Positions 18,344 through 27,400 of a stretch of DNA of 64,000 bases are shown here, piece by piece. The stretch covers positions 1,568,001-1,632,000 of the forward strand of contig OZ245817.1 of NCBI GenBank assembly GCA_965228475.1. Reading direction: 5' to 3'. The DNA comes from Myxococcota bacterium (lineage in GTDB: Bacteria > Myxococcota_A > UBA9160 > JAFDDA01). How positions within the stretch are numbered: position 1 is the first letter of the stretch; the number at the start of each line of letters is the position of its first letter. Made by a program: the position numbers and the translations under genes. The notes below the pieces were generated by a model. The model was not told where the DNA came from and did no database searches. It was given only the letters and a program-made list of their open reading frames with translations.

Positions 18344-19590
18344 TGGCGAGCGAACCCGTCCGCTTCACCGAGCGCGCGCGCGAAGGCCCCGAGGACGACC
18401 TCGAGCGCGATCTCCACACCGAACACCAGATCCTGAACATGGGCCCGTCGCACCCAGCCACCCACGGCACGGTCAAGTTCATGGTGGAGCTCGACGGCGA
18501 GACGGTGATCGACATCGACGTGCAGGTTGGGTACCTGCACCGCGGCTTCGAGAAGGAGTGCGAATCCGGGAGCTGGTACCAGGCGATTCCCTACACGGAC
18601 CGGCTGAACTACAACTCCTCGATCCTGGCGAACCTCGGCTACTGCCTGGCGGTCGAGAAGCTCCTCGGAATCGAGACCCCCGAGCGCTGCCAGTGGCTGC
18701 GCGTGCTCTCGAGCGAGCTTTCGCGGGTCGCCGACCACCTGACGCGCTGCGGGGCGGCCTGCCTCGAGATGATGGCCATGACGCCCTTCATCTACGGGAT
18801 CGAGGCGCGCGAGCGGGTCTGGGATCTGCTCGAGATGCTGTGCGGGGCCCGGCTGACGTCGAACTACATCCGCATCGGCGGCGTGAAGCACGGCATGCCG
18901 AAGGACTTCCCGCGCATCGCGCGCAGCAACATCGAGAAGGTTCGTGAGCTGCTGGCCGACTTCGACGGCGTGGTCACGCGCAACCGGATCTTCGTCGACC
19001 GGCTGAAGAACACGGGCACGATCTCGAAGGAGGACTGCATCCGCTACGCCGTGACGGGCCCGCTCCTGCGCGCCGCCGGCGTGCCGCTCGACGTCCGCAA
19101 GGACGAGCCCTACCTGACCTACGACCAGATCGACTTCGACGTGCCGATCGGCGAAGTGGGCGACAACTACGATCGCTACCTCGTGTGTGTCGAGGAGATG
19201 CACCAGAGCCTGCGCATCGTGGAGCAATGCCTCGAGCGCCTGGAGGACCTGGGCGACGGCCCGGTCAACGTCGACGATCCGCGCGTGCGCTGGCCGGCGA
19301 AGGGCCGCGTCTTCAATCACATGGAAGAGCTGATCCAGCAGTTCAAGTCCGTGACGGAGGGGCCGCGAGTGCCGGCGGGGGAGGGCTATCTCGCCATCGA
19401 GTCCGCGAACGGCGAACTCGGCTTCTATCTCGTTTCCGACGGTTCCGCCGTCCCGAAGAAGGTCCGCTGCCGCCCGCCGAGCCTGATCAACCTGGCGCCG
19501 CTGCCCTTGATGGTTCGGGGCGGGCTGCTCGCCGACATCATTCCGACCTTCGACTTCGTGAACATGATCGGCGGGGAGTGCGACCGCTGA
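18343..19590 (+). CDS. nuoD: NADH-quinone oxidoreductase subunit D
   Basis: NMGPSHPATHG, GYLHRGFEK, YTDRLNY, GELG, C-terminal GECDR; TGATG overlap with nuoC. Confidence 0.95.
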   Translation: MASEPVRFTERAREGPEDDLERDLHTEHQILNMGPSHPATHGTVKFMVELDGETVIDIDVQVGYLHRGFEKECESGSWYQAIPYTDRLNYNSSILANLGYCLAVEKLLGIETPERCQWLRVLSSELSRVADHLTRCGAACLEMMAMTPFIYGIEARERVWDLLEMLCGARLTSNYIRIGGVKHGMPKDFPRIARSNIEKVRELLADFDGVVTRNRIFVDRLKNTGTISKEDCIRYAVTGPLLRAAGVPLDVRKDEPYLTYDQIDFDVPIGEVGDNYDRYLVCVEEMHQSLRIVEQCLERLEDLGDGPVNVDDPRVRWPAKGRVFNHMEELIQQFKSVTEGPRVPAGEGYLAIESANGELGFYLVSDGSAVPKKVRCRPPSLINLAPLPLMVRGGLLADIIPTFDFVNMIGGECDR

Positions 19591-19835
19591 TGGCCGGCGC
19601 GCCCACGCGCGAATCGGTCTGGCGCCAGCTCGGTGCGCCGACGGACCAGCTCGGCTCCGTGAACGACCCGCGGACCCGCACGGAGCACGGCGTCGCCTGG
19701 AACGAAAAGTGGGTCTATCGCTCGCAGGCGGGCGAGGGCGTCGAGCGCGTGGTGCTCTGGAACCGCTACGACTTCCTCGGCGCCTTCCGCGTCGCTCCGG
19801 ACGGGTCGGTCGAACCCGAAGCCCTCGACGGCTAG
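19590..19835 (+). CDS. Hypothetical protein (81 aa), translationally coupled to nuoD
   Basis: ATG overlaps the nuoD TGA; MAGAPTRESVWRQLGAP...NEKWVYR...; host-like codon usage. Confidence 0.75.
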   Translation: MAGAPTRESVWRQLGAPTDQLGSVNDPRTRTEHGVAWNEKWVYRSQAGEGVERVVLWNRYDFLGAFRVAPDGSVEPEALDG

Positions 19836-19837
19836 CG

Positions 19838-20305
19838 GTGCCGGGCCCGCCTCCGCTCCGCCCCTTCGGCCTCGTCCTGCACCACGACGGATCCTGGACC
19901 CACGAAGGCCAGCCGATCCGCCACCGCCGCATGCGCGAACACTTCGACCGGCATGTGCGCTATCTGCCCGAAGAGGAGAAGTACGTCGTCTTCCTGCGCC
20001 ACTTTCGCGGGCAGATCGAAGTCGAGGAGGCTGCCTTCTTCGTCATCGACTTCGAGCCCGAAGGGGCCGAGCTCGTCCTCTCCGACGGGACGCGAGAGGC
20101 GCTCGACGTCTCGAGTCTCCACCCCTCGCCGATCGACGGCGTCTGGCTCTGCCGCGTGAAGCGCGACCTCGCACCCGAGGGGTTGCTCGCGCGCTTCGAA
20201 CGCTTCGCCCAGGAGCGCGTGATGCAGGGGGCGGTGGAAGAGGGTGGGCGGATCGGGCTCGTCGGCGCGAAGGGCTTCGAGCCCTTCCCCGAGGGCCTCG
20301 AGTAG
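19838..20305 (+). CDS. Hypothetical protein, DUF1285-like
   Basis: LHHDGSWTHEGQPIRH...IEVEEAAFFV...LSDGTRE...LARFER; GTG 2 bp after the previous stop. Confidence 0.65.
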   Translation: MPGPPPLRPFGLVLHHDGSWTHEGQPIRHRRMREHFDRHVRYLPEEEKYVVFLRHFRGQIEVEEAAFFVIDFEPEGAELVLSDGTREALDVSSLHPSPIDGVWLCRVKRDLAPEGLLARFERFAQERVMQGAVEEGGRIGLVGAKGFEPFPEGLE

Positions 20306-20309
20306 CCGT

Positions 20310-20684
20310 TCAGCCGGCGACCTCGCGGCCGAAGGCGAGCCCGGCGCCCACCCCGGCCAGGCCCCCCGCCACGCTTGCGAACACGTAGAGCGCCGCCGGA
20401 ACCCACGCGCCCCGCGTGAGCAGGTCCATCGTCTCGAGGCCGAACGCGGAGAACGTGGTGAAGCCACCGAGCAGGCCGGTGATGACGAAGGCGCGCAGGG
20501 CCGGGGGCGTGTGTTCGAGGCTCAGCCAGGCCGAGACCAGGCCGATCGCGATACAGCCGATCCAATTGACCGCGAGCGTGCCCCAGGGAAAGCCCTCGCC
20601 GGCCTGGGTCAGGAAGGCCCGCGCGACCGCAAAACGAGCGAGCGCACCCAGTCCCCCTCCGACGAACACCGCCAACCAATGCAT
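20310..20684 (-). CDS. crcB: Fluoride efflux channel Fluc/CrcB
   Basis: GGGLGALARF, FPWGTLAVN, TGLLGGFTTFSAF. Confidence 0.95.
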   Translation of the reverse strand: MHWLAVFVGGGLGALARFAVARAFLTQAGEGFPWGTLAVNWIGCIAIGLVSAWLSLEHTPPALRAFVITGLLGGFTTFSAFGLETMDLLTRGAWVPAALYVFASVAGGLAGVGAGLAFGREVAG

Positions 20685-20785
20685 GACCGAGTGTTACCGA
20701 GCCGTGGACGGACTCCGCAAGCCGGAGCCGCTCCCGCGTGCTCCGGCTCCGAGCGCGTGTGGTAGGTTCGAATTTCGTTCCGACC

Positions 20786-23700
20786 ATGTCGAACCCGAGC
20801 ACTTCGCCTCCGCTGTTCTCGAGCCCGTCGCGGCGCCGGACCCTGGCCCTCGCGGAGGAGCTGGTGAACGTCCCGCTGACGACCGTCGTGGCGCCGGGGG
20901 GCAGCGGGAAGACGACGCTCCTCTCGGCCTGGCGCGCGGCCCTGGCCGCGAATACGCGCCAGGTCTGGCTCGATGCTTCGACGATCCACGGCGACGTCGG
21001 AACCTTCGTCGACGATCTGCTCCACGGCCTGCAGGCCGCGCTGCGGGGCGCCCCGTTCGGCCGGGAGACGACGCGGATCCTCTCGAACCTGACCGGGGGC
21101 GAGGACGACTGGCGGATCCTGCACCGCGCCTTCCTGCGCGACTGGCTCGGCGTCGAGGGGGAGACCGTGGTCTTCCTCGACAACTTCCACAACGTCCCGG
21201 CGGGATCCCCCGCCGACCGGTGGGTTTCCGAGATGCTGCGGAGCCAGCCGGCCAACCTGCACTGGGTCGTGTCGTCGCGCGGCACGCTCCCCGGCGCGGC
21301 GGTTCGCCTGGCCGCGGGCGGGCTCGTTCACGAGGTCGGCTTCGACGACCTGAACCTGCGCTTCGAAGAAGCGAAGGCGCTGCTCGAATCGCGCGGGATC
21401 GAGGCGGACGACGCGCTCGTGACGACGCTCCTCGGGCGAACCGAGGGCTGGGTGACCGGGCTGCAGCTCGCGGCCCGCGTGCTCCAGCGCGTGGACCCCG
21501 ACGAGCGCCGCGCCTACGCCGAGCGGATCGGCCGGGAGCGGGACCTCTTCCACTACATCGCGGCCGAGCTGCTGGCCGGCGAGAGCGAGGAGCAGATCCA
21601 GCTCCTCGAGCGCGCCGCGGTCCTCGGGCGCGCATCGCCGGAGACGCTCGGCCAGCTCCTGGATCCTCCCGGGGGCCTCGACCGGATCGAGCACGCGATC
21701 GATCACGGACTCCTGCTCGGCGACGGCAACGAGGTCTGGCCCCATCAGCTCTGGCAGGAGTTCCTGCGCGAACGGCTGAAGGCCCGGCTCTCTCCGCAAG
21801 AGCACCGCGCGCTGCACGGGCGCGCCGCGCGGCTGTTGGCCGAGCAGGGGAGGGTCGAAGCGGCCCTCGAGGCCTATCGGGAATCCGAAGACTGGCAGTC
21901 GATCGCGTTCCTTCTCCACGAGGTCGGCCACGAATGGCTCGATCGTGGTCGCGCCCGGGGCGTCCAGCGCTGGCTCGAGGCCCTTCCCGGAGAGGTTCGG
22001 GAGTCGGAGCCGCGACTGCTCGAGATGCAGGGGCTGCTCCTTCTCGAAGCCGACCCGAAGAGCGCAACCCGCTACCTCGAACAGGCGGCTCGCGCCTTCT
22101 CGGAGAGCGGAGACTTGAAGAGCGAGGGCGGTGCCCTCGGCGCACTGACCTACCTCGGCATCACGCGCCTCGACCTCGCGGCGGCGAGACGCTCGTTGCT
22201 GCGGGGCTTCAAGCCCTCCCGGCTGATTTCGGACTCCGGGAAACGGGCGGAGGCCTTCGTCGGCCTCGCGGGTTTTGCCGCGCTCCGCGGCCGCTTCGGT
22301 CGCTCGCTGAAGCTCTCCGAGCGCGCGCTGCGGGCTCCTCTGCCGCCCCTGACGCGCTGGTTCAATCTCCTCAACCTGGGTCTGCTCTACTCCCTCGCGG
22401 GAGACTTCGACCGGGGCCGCACGCTGCTCGACGAAGGCCTCGGCGACCGTGCCGTCTCCCGGCGCGCGTTCGTCTACAACTCGTTGCTGATCGTGAGGGC
22501 GCTGCTCCTCTCGCGCTCCGGAGACCACGCCGCGGCCCGCCGCGACATCGAGGAAGCCCGCCGAGGGATCGAGGACTTTCGCTTCCGGAGCTTCCAGCCG
22601 CCCTGGGCGATGGTGGCCGCCGACGCGCACGCCCTGCGCGGCGATCGCGATGAAAGCGAGCGCGCCTACGCCGACTTCCTCGCCGCCATCGCGAAGGCCG
22701 ACGCCGTTCCGCTCGAGGCCGTGGCCCGGGGCCAGCGCGCGGTGCGTTGCCTCGGCTGGGGGGACGCCGACGGTGCGCGGGCCGAAGCCGAGCGCTGTGC
22801 GCAGCTGCACGAGCGGGGCATCCCGGAGGGCAAGATCGCCTTCCCGTGGTGGATCGCCGTCTCCCTCTGGGTGCTCGGCCGCACCGGCGATGCGAAATCC
22901 GCCTGGGCCCGGCTGGCTCCCTTCCGCCGCGACCTCCGGCCGTCGGGCCTTCCTTTGCTCGAGGCGATGATCGGTCTCACCACCGCCGAGCTCGCACACC
23001 GCGCGGGGGAGGACGCGGAAGCGGCTTCCCTGGCCCGCGACGCCTGGAAGCGGGCGGAGCGCGACGGGGTCCAGCTCGACCCGATGATCTCTCCGCTCGT
23101 GTTGCCCTGGGCCACGGCGGAGGCCTTCCGCCAGGGTGTGGCCGAGGACTTCGCATTCGATGCGCTTCGCCGTCTGTGCCCGGCGGCCGTGCCCGGCGTC
23201 CTCGCGACGCTCGCGAAGGATCGCAACACCTCGGTGCGGATGCGCGCCGTCGAGTGCATGGCGGAGTTCGGCGGCCGCGCGCTGCACGGCCCCCTCGAGC
23301 GCGCGACGCGGGACCGGAACGCCAAGGTGCGCGCGGCCGCCGAGCGTGCGCTGCCGGCCCTCGACCTGCGGCCCGACTTCGCCGTGCGGATCCGCTGCCT
23401 CGGCCGCCTCGTCGTCGAGCGAGACGGAGAGGCCCTTCCGGATTCCGCGTTCCGAGGGAACATGGGCCAGCGCCTGCTCGGGCGCCTGCTCGCGAGCGAA
23501 GGCAGGCCCCTTTCGCGGGACGTCCTCCAGACGGATCTCTGGCCGGAGGCCGACGAGGCCGCGGGAAAGAACAACCTCCGCGTCTCTCTTTCCCGGCTCT
23601 CCGATGCCCTCGACCCCGAGCGTCTGCCCGGTTCGCCCGCCTGGTTCCTTCAGACGGGGGGTGTCGGGGTGGCGCTCGACCTCGATCGTCTGGCGTCCTG

Positions 23701-24154
23701 GGACGTCGGCGAGTTCCGCGAGGCCGCTCGCCGGGCCGAGGCCGCGCGTCGCGAGGGAAACATGGAGGAGGCTCTGTCGGCGTACGCCGTCGCGGTCGAT
23801 CGCTACGAGGGTCCGTTCCTCCCCGAAGCGGCCTACGAAGAGTGGTCGCAGCCGGTGCGCCGTCGGCTCGAGGACGAGTTCCGGGGCGTGGCCGAGCGCT
23901 ACGGCGAGATGCTGCTCGACGGCGCGCGCCGGGAAGAGGCCCTGAAGCTCGCCGACCGTCTGCTCGACGACGATCCGGCGGACGAGAACGCGTGGCTCCT
24001 GCGCATGCGCGTCCAGCTCATGCAGGGCGATCGCGTGGCCGCGAGCCGAACCTACGACCAGGCCCGGGAAGCGGTGCGGGCCGCGCTCGACGTCGAGCCC
24101 GGCGAGGCCCTGCGCGATCTGGCGGCCCGGGTCCGGGGCGTCGCTCCGGAGTGA
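20786..24154 (+). CDS. Large transcriptional regulator: MalT-like NTPase, TPR-like helical region, HEAT repeats, C-terminal wHTH and BTAD
   Basis: APGGSGKTT, VVFLDNFH, RTEGWVTGLQL; HEAT-like DRNTSVRMRAVE/DRNAKVRAAAE; IRCLGRL..LWPE..NLRVSLSRL; BTAD-like DVGEF..YEGPFLP..EEW..DPADE..LDVEPG. Confidence 0.85.
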   Translation: MSNPSTSPPLFSSPSRRRTLALAEELVNVPLTTVVAPGGSGKTTLLSAWRAALAANTRQVWLDASTIHGDVGTFVDDLLHGLQAALRGAPFGRETTRILSNLTGGEDDWRILHRAFLRDWLGVEGETVVFLDNFHNVPAGSPADRWVSEMLRSQPANLHWVVSSRGTLPGAAVRLAAGGLVHEVGFDDLNLRFEEAKALLESRGIEADDALVTTLLGRTEGWVTGLQLAARVLQRVDPDERRAYAERIGRERDLFHYIAAELLAGESEEQIQLLERAAVLGRASPETLGQLLDPPGGLDRIEHAIDHGLLLGDGNEVWPHQLWQEFLRERLKARLSPQEHRALHGRAARLLAEQGRVEAALEAYRESEDWQSIAFLLHEVGHEWLDRGRARGVQRWLEALPGEVRESEPRLLEMQGLLLLEADPKSATRYLEQAARAFSESGDLKSEGGALGALTYLGITRLDLAAARRSLLRGFKPSRLISDSGKRAEAFVGLAGFAALRGRFGRSLKLSERALRAPLPPLTRWFNLLNLGLLYSLAGDFDRGRTLLDEGLGDRAVSRRAFVYNSLLIVRALLLSRSGDHAAARRDIEEARRGIEDFRFRSFQPPWAMVAADAHALRGDRDESERAYADFLAAIAKADAVPLEAVARGQRAVRCLGWGDADGARAEAERCAQLHERGIPEGKIAFPWWIAVSLWVLGRTGDAKSAWARLAPFRRDLRPSGLPLLEAMIGLTTAELAHRAGEDAEAASLARDAWKRAERDGVQLDPMISPLVLPWATAEAFRQGVAEDFAFDALRRLCPAAVPGVLATLAKDRNTSVRMRAVECMAEFGGRALHGPLERATRDRNAKVRAAAERALPALDLRPDFAVRIRCLGRLVVERDGEALPDSAFRGNMGQRLLGRLLASEGRPLSRDVLQTDLWPEADEAAGKNNLRVSLSRLSDALDPERLPGSPAWFLQTGGVGVALDLDRLASWDVGEFREAARRAEAARREGNMEEALSAYAVAVDRYEGPFLPEAAYEEWSQPVRRRLEDEFRGVAERYGEMLLDGARREEALKLADRLLDDDPADENAWLLRMRVQLMQGDRVAASRTYDQAREAVRAALDVEPGEALRDLAARVRGVAPE

Positions 24155-24228
24155 TGCGGCGCCGGGCGCCGGCGCGCGGGCGAGGCCGCAACTGATCGAA
24201 ACGGTTGAGGTTTCCCGCTCCGCGCCGC

Positions 24229-24261
24229 GGTAACGCCGGGGTAATGCCCGGGGCCGATCGT
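24229..24261 (+). promoter_or_regulatory. Putative SARP/wHTH operator (11-bp direct repeat) plus weak -10
   Basis: GGTAACGCCGG (24229-24239) and GGTAATGCCCG (24240-24250); GATCGT at 24256-24261, 6 nt before GTG 24268. Confidence 0.55.
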
Positions 24262-24267
24262 GTTCCC

Positions 24268-24495
24268 GTGGCAAACGAGAAGAAGAACGCATTCGTCGTC
24301 TGGCTCGACCCCGGCGCGGAACCCGGCCAGGCCGATCGCTACCAGGGCCGGATCGAGCACGTCCCGACCTCGACGCGCGAGACCTTCTCGGGCAAGGAGG
24401 AGCTCCTCGCCTTCATCGAGCGTCACTTCGGCGAGTCCGGGAGCACGCCGTCCGTCGAGCCGAGCTCGGACGATGGTTCGGAGCGGTCGCCGTGA
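24268..24495 (+). CDS. Small hypothetical protein (75 aa)
   Basis: MANEKKNAFVVWLDP...YQGRIEHVPTSTRETFSGKEELLAFIERHF; stop overlaps the next GTG (GTGA); alternative start ATG 24244. Confidence 0.75.
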   Translation: MANEKKNAFVVWLDPGAEPGQADRYQGRIEHVPTSTRETFSGKEELLAFIERHFGESGSTPSVEPSSDDGSERSP

Positions 24496-27400
24496 CGGTT
24501 CGCCTCGCCTTCCTGCTTCTGGCCCTGGGGCTCGTCCCCGCGGTGGGCTGCACGCCGATGTCCTCGGAAGGCATCGGCGTCGAGGTCCCTTCGTGGACGC
24601 TCGAGTCGGCGACCGGTGAGGATGGCGCCTTCGAGGTGGTGTACCGCGCGCGCTGCCAGGCCGTCGGGCGCGAGGTCCTGACCTCGGCGGTCCTGCTGCT
24701 TGCCGCGGGCGAGGCGACGGTCGTCGACGGACTGGCCCAGTGCGGGCCGATCGAGGCCGGGGGCGAGGTCGACGCGGGCGATGGCATCACGCTCCTCCAG
24801 TCCTCGCCAGACGCGCTCGACCCCGCGGACTTCGACTTCGCCACGGTGGTGGTCGGACGCGACGACGAACTTCCGTCGACGCGACAGACCTCGACGATCG
24901 AACAGTTCACCTACCCGGTGCAGCTCGCGAGCACCGCCGACGAGGCGATCGTGCTCTCCGCCATGGCCATGAGCGCGGCTCCGGCGACGCGCGTCGTCGT
25001 GGGCCTGACGGTCGCCGAGACACCGCCCGGCGGCAGCGTCGGGACCGCGGGCATCCTGTCGCTGCAGCACGATCTTGCGGTCCCCTTCGACCCGGCCGCG
25101 ATCCACTGGTCGCTCCGCAGCGAGACGGCCCAGGACCTCGCCGTGGGCGTCACCACGAGCCTCGATGGCGTCGGGCACCCGCTCGGTGGCGTCCGCGTCG
25201 AAGAGCAGGGCCCGGAGGGCGATGCCGTCCGCACCACCGAGGCGAGCACCGGCTTCGTGAGCCTCGCCCAGAGCGCGGGCGACTTCCGTTGGCGGTTCTC
25301 GAAGGAGGGGCATCTGCCGGTGTGGCGGCGCCTCACGCTGGCCGCGGGTGAGGTCGCCGCGGTGCATGCGCCCTGGCTCGCCCGGCAGGATTCGGAGCGC
25401 TACCCGGTCACCGTCTTGAACGGCGGCGTCGTCGGAGGCCCCGCCGCTCGCACGACCGTGACCTTCGGTGCCGGCACCGTTTCGGCGAACCTCGAGGCGG
25501 TCCTCACGGAGCTCGACGGCCAGGCGCTGCCCGCCGCGCTGCCGATCGGCTGGAGCCCGCTGAACGCCTTCTGGCTGGAGCTCGCGGAAGACCCGAGCGA
25601 GGCCGCGACCGGAGCGCTGCAGCTCCTCGACGCTCTCGAGCCCGGCGAGGCCGGTGCCTTCGCGCGGTTCGCTCCCGACGCTTTCGCCTGGCAGGTGCTC
25701 GAGGTGGTCGGCGGCGACGGCGGGGATGCGGTCGACGTGGCCGTGCCCGGAGCCGGCGCCTACGTCTTCGCGGTCGCGGACGTCCTGCCCGCGGCGCCGC
25801 CGGCGCCCGAAGTCGGGCTGCCGCTCGGCCCGGCCGCGGCAACCTTCCCCGAGCCCGGCGAACTCGAGGGCGAGGGCGCCGTCGATCCGGCCGTCCGCGC
25901 GGCGAGCCTCCTGCCGGAGCACGTCACCGGCCTCGGGCGCGTGGAGATCTCGCACGAGGACCCGCTCGCCAGCGGGCTCCTGCTGCGGGGCGAGGTCGAC
26001 GAGCACTACCGCTTCTTCGACGGAGAGGAGCGGCGAACGCCGCGCTATCCGATCTCGGTCGTCGCCTACCAGCGCCCGGGAGACCGGGATCCGCGCACGC
26101 TCGAAGCGACCTTCCCCCTGCGACCGACGGCCCTGTTCGGGCCGACCGAGCTGGCCGAGGCCACGCTCCAGGTCGAGATCCTTCCGCCCTCGGCCTTCGC
26201 CGGCGCCGTCCTCGGCGACAGCGGCGGCCTGGTGGTCTCGGCGCAGGCGGCGGCGCTGGTCCCGGCGGACGTCCTCGCCGGCGACACGCCCGTCGAGCTG
26301 CGCGACCTCGAAGCGGGGGCCTTCGGCCCGGACGCCGTCCTCGCCTTCGATCTCTCGGTCGGGGGCGTCGTATCCGGGCAGCGCTTCGAATGGTTGCTCG
26401 GCCGCGGCGAGCCCGGCGCCCACTACGTCCTGGCGGCGGCGGTCTCGCGCTTCGGGCTCTCCGGGCTCGAGCCCCTCGAGCGCTACCGGGCCGACGAGAC
26501 GGGCCTGATCGTTCGCGACGAGCCGGTGAGCGGGGGTCTCCCCGGCGTTCGCGGGCCGGGCCGGCTCGTGCTCGTGCGGGTCGACGGGCCGCAGGCGATC
26601 GTCGAGGGCATCGTGCGCGACACCGACGGGATCGCGCGCCCGGGCCTGGCCGTGCAGATCGCGGGCACGCCCTGGCTGACCTTCTCGGACGCCACGGGGG
26701 GTTACCAGCTCGTCGCGGGAATCGGGCCGCGCGAGGTCGTCGTGATCGACCCGGGGAACGGAGATCTCGGAACCGCGGGGTTCGAAGTGCCCGCGTCGCT
26801 CGCTGCCGTGGGCGTCGACGCCGCAACGGCCCCGACCGGGCCGCGCATCGTCGAGCGCATCCCCGCCGACGGGGAGCGGGGCGTCGACGCCGTGACCCCG
26901 GTGGTCGTCCGCTTCTCGGAAGCGGTCGCGCGGGCGAGCTTCGGAACGGACGGGCTGGTCCTGCTCGACGGCAGCGGGACCCCCGTCGACGGAAGCCTCT
27001 CGCTGAACCTCGACGGCAACGAGGCGACCTTCCTGCCCGTTTCACCCCTGGTCTACGGCAGCGTCCACACGCTCGTCGTCAGCGGCGCGCTGCAGGACGA
27101 GATCGGTCTGCCGATCGAAGGCGACGAGGCCTTCCGCACCTCCACCTTCACCATCCAGGCGGCACCGACTCGCGGCGAGGGCGCCCAGCTCGCGATCTAC
27201 GAGCCCGGCTCGACCCTCGGGTACGCGGCCTGCGACGCCGCGGGCGTCGCCGGGATGGAGTTCGTCCCAGAGACGTTCATCTGCGTCCTCGGGAGTCAGG
27301 GCGCCGCGGACCCGGAGGTTCCGGTCGTCCTCGCGAACGACAGCACGGGCGCCACCGCGACCACGGACTCGAGCCCCGACGGCAGCTTCGCCGGCGTGCT

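Noticed and set aside
18343..19590. Group 4 [NiFe]-hydrogenase large subunit
   Set aside because: It lacks both Ni-binding CxxC motifs and has the quinone-site motifs of NuoD.
20685..20785. Fluoride riboswitch upstream of crcB
   Set aside because: No GGCGATGG-like 5' motif or matching pseudoknot on the minus strand; only a generic GC hairpin.
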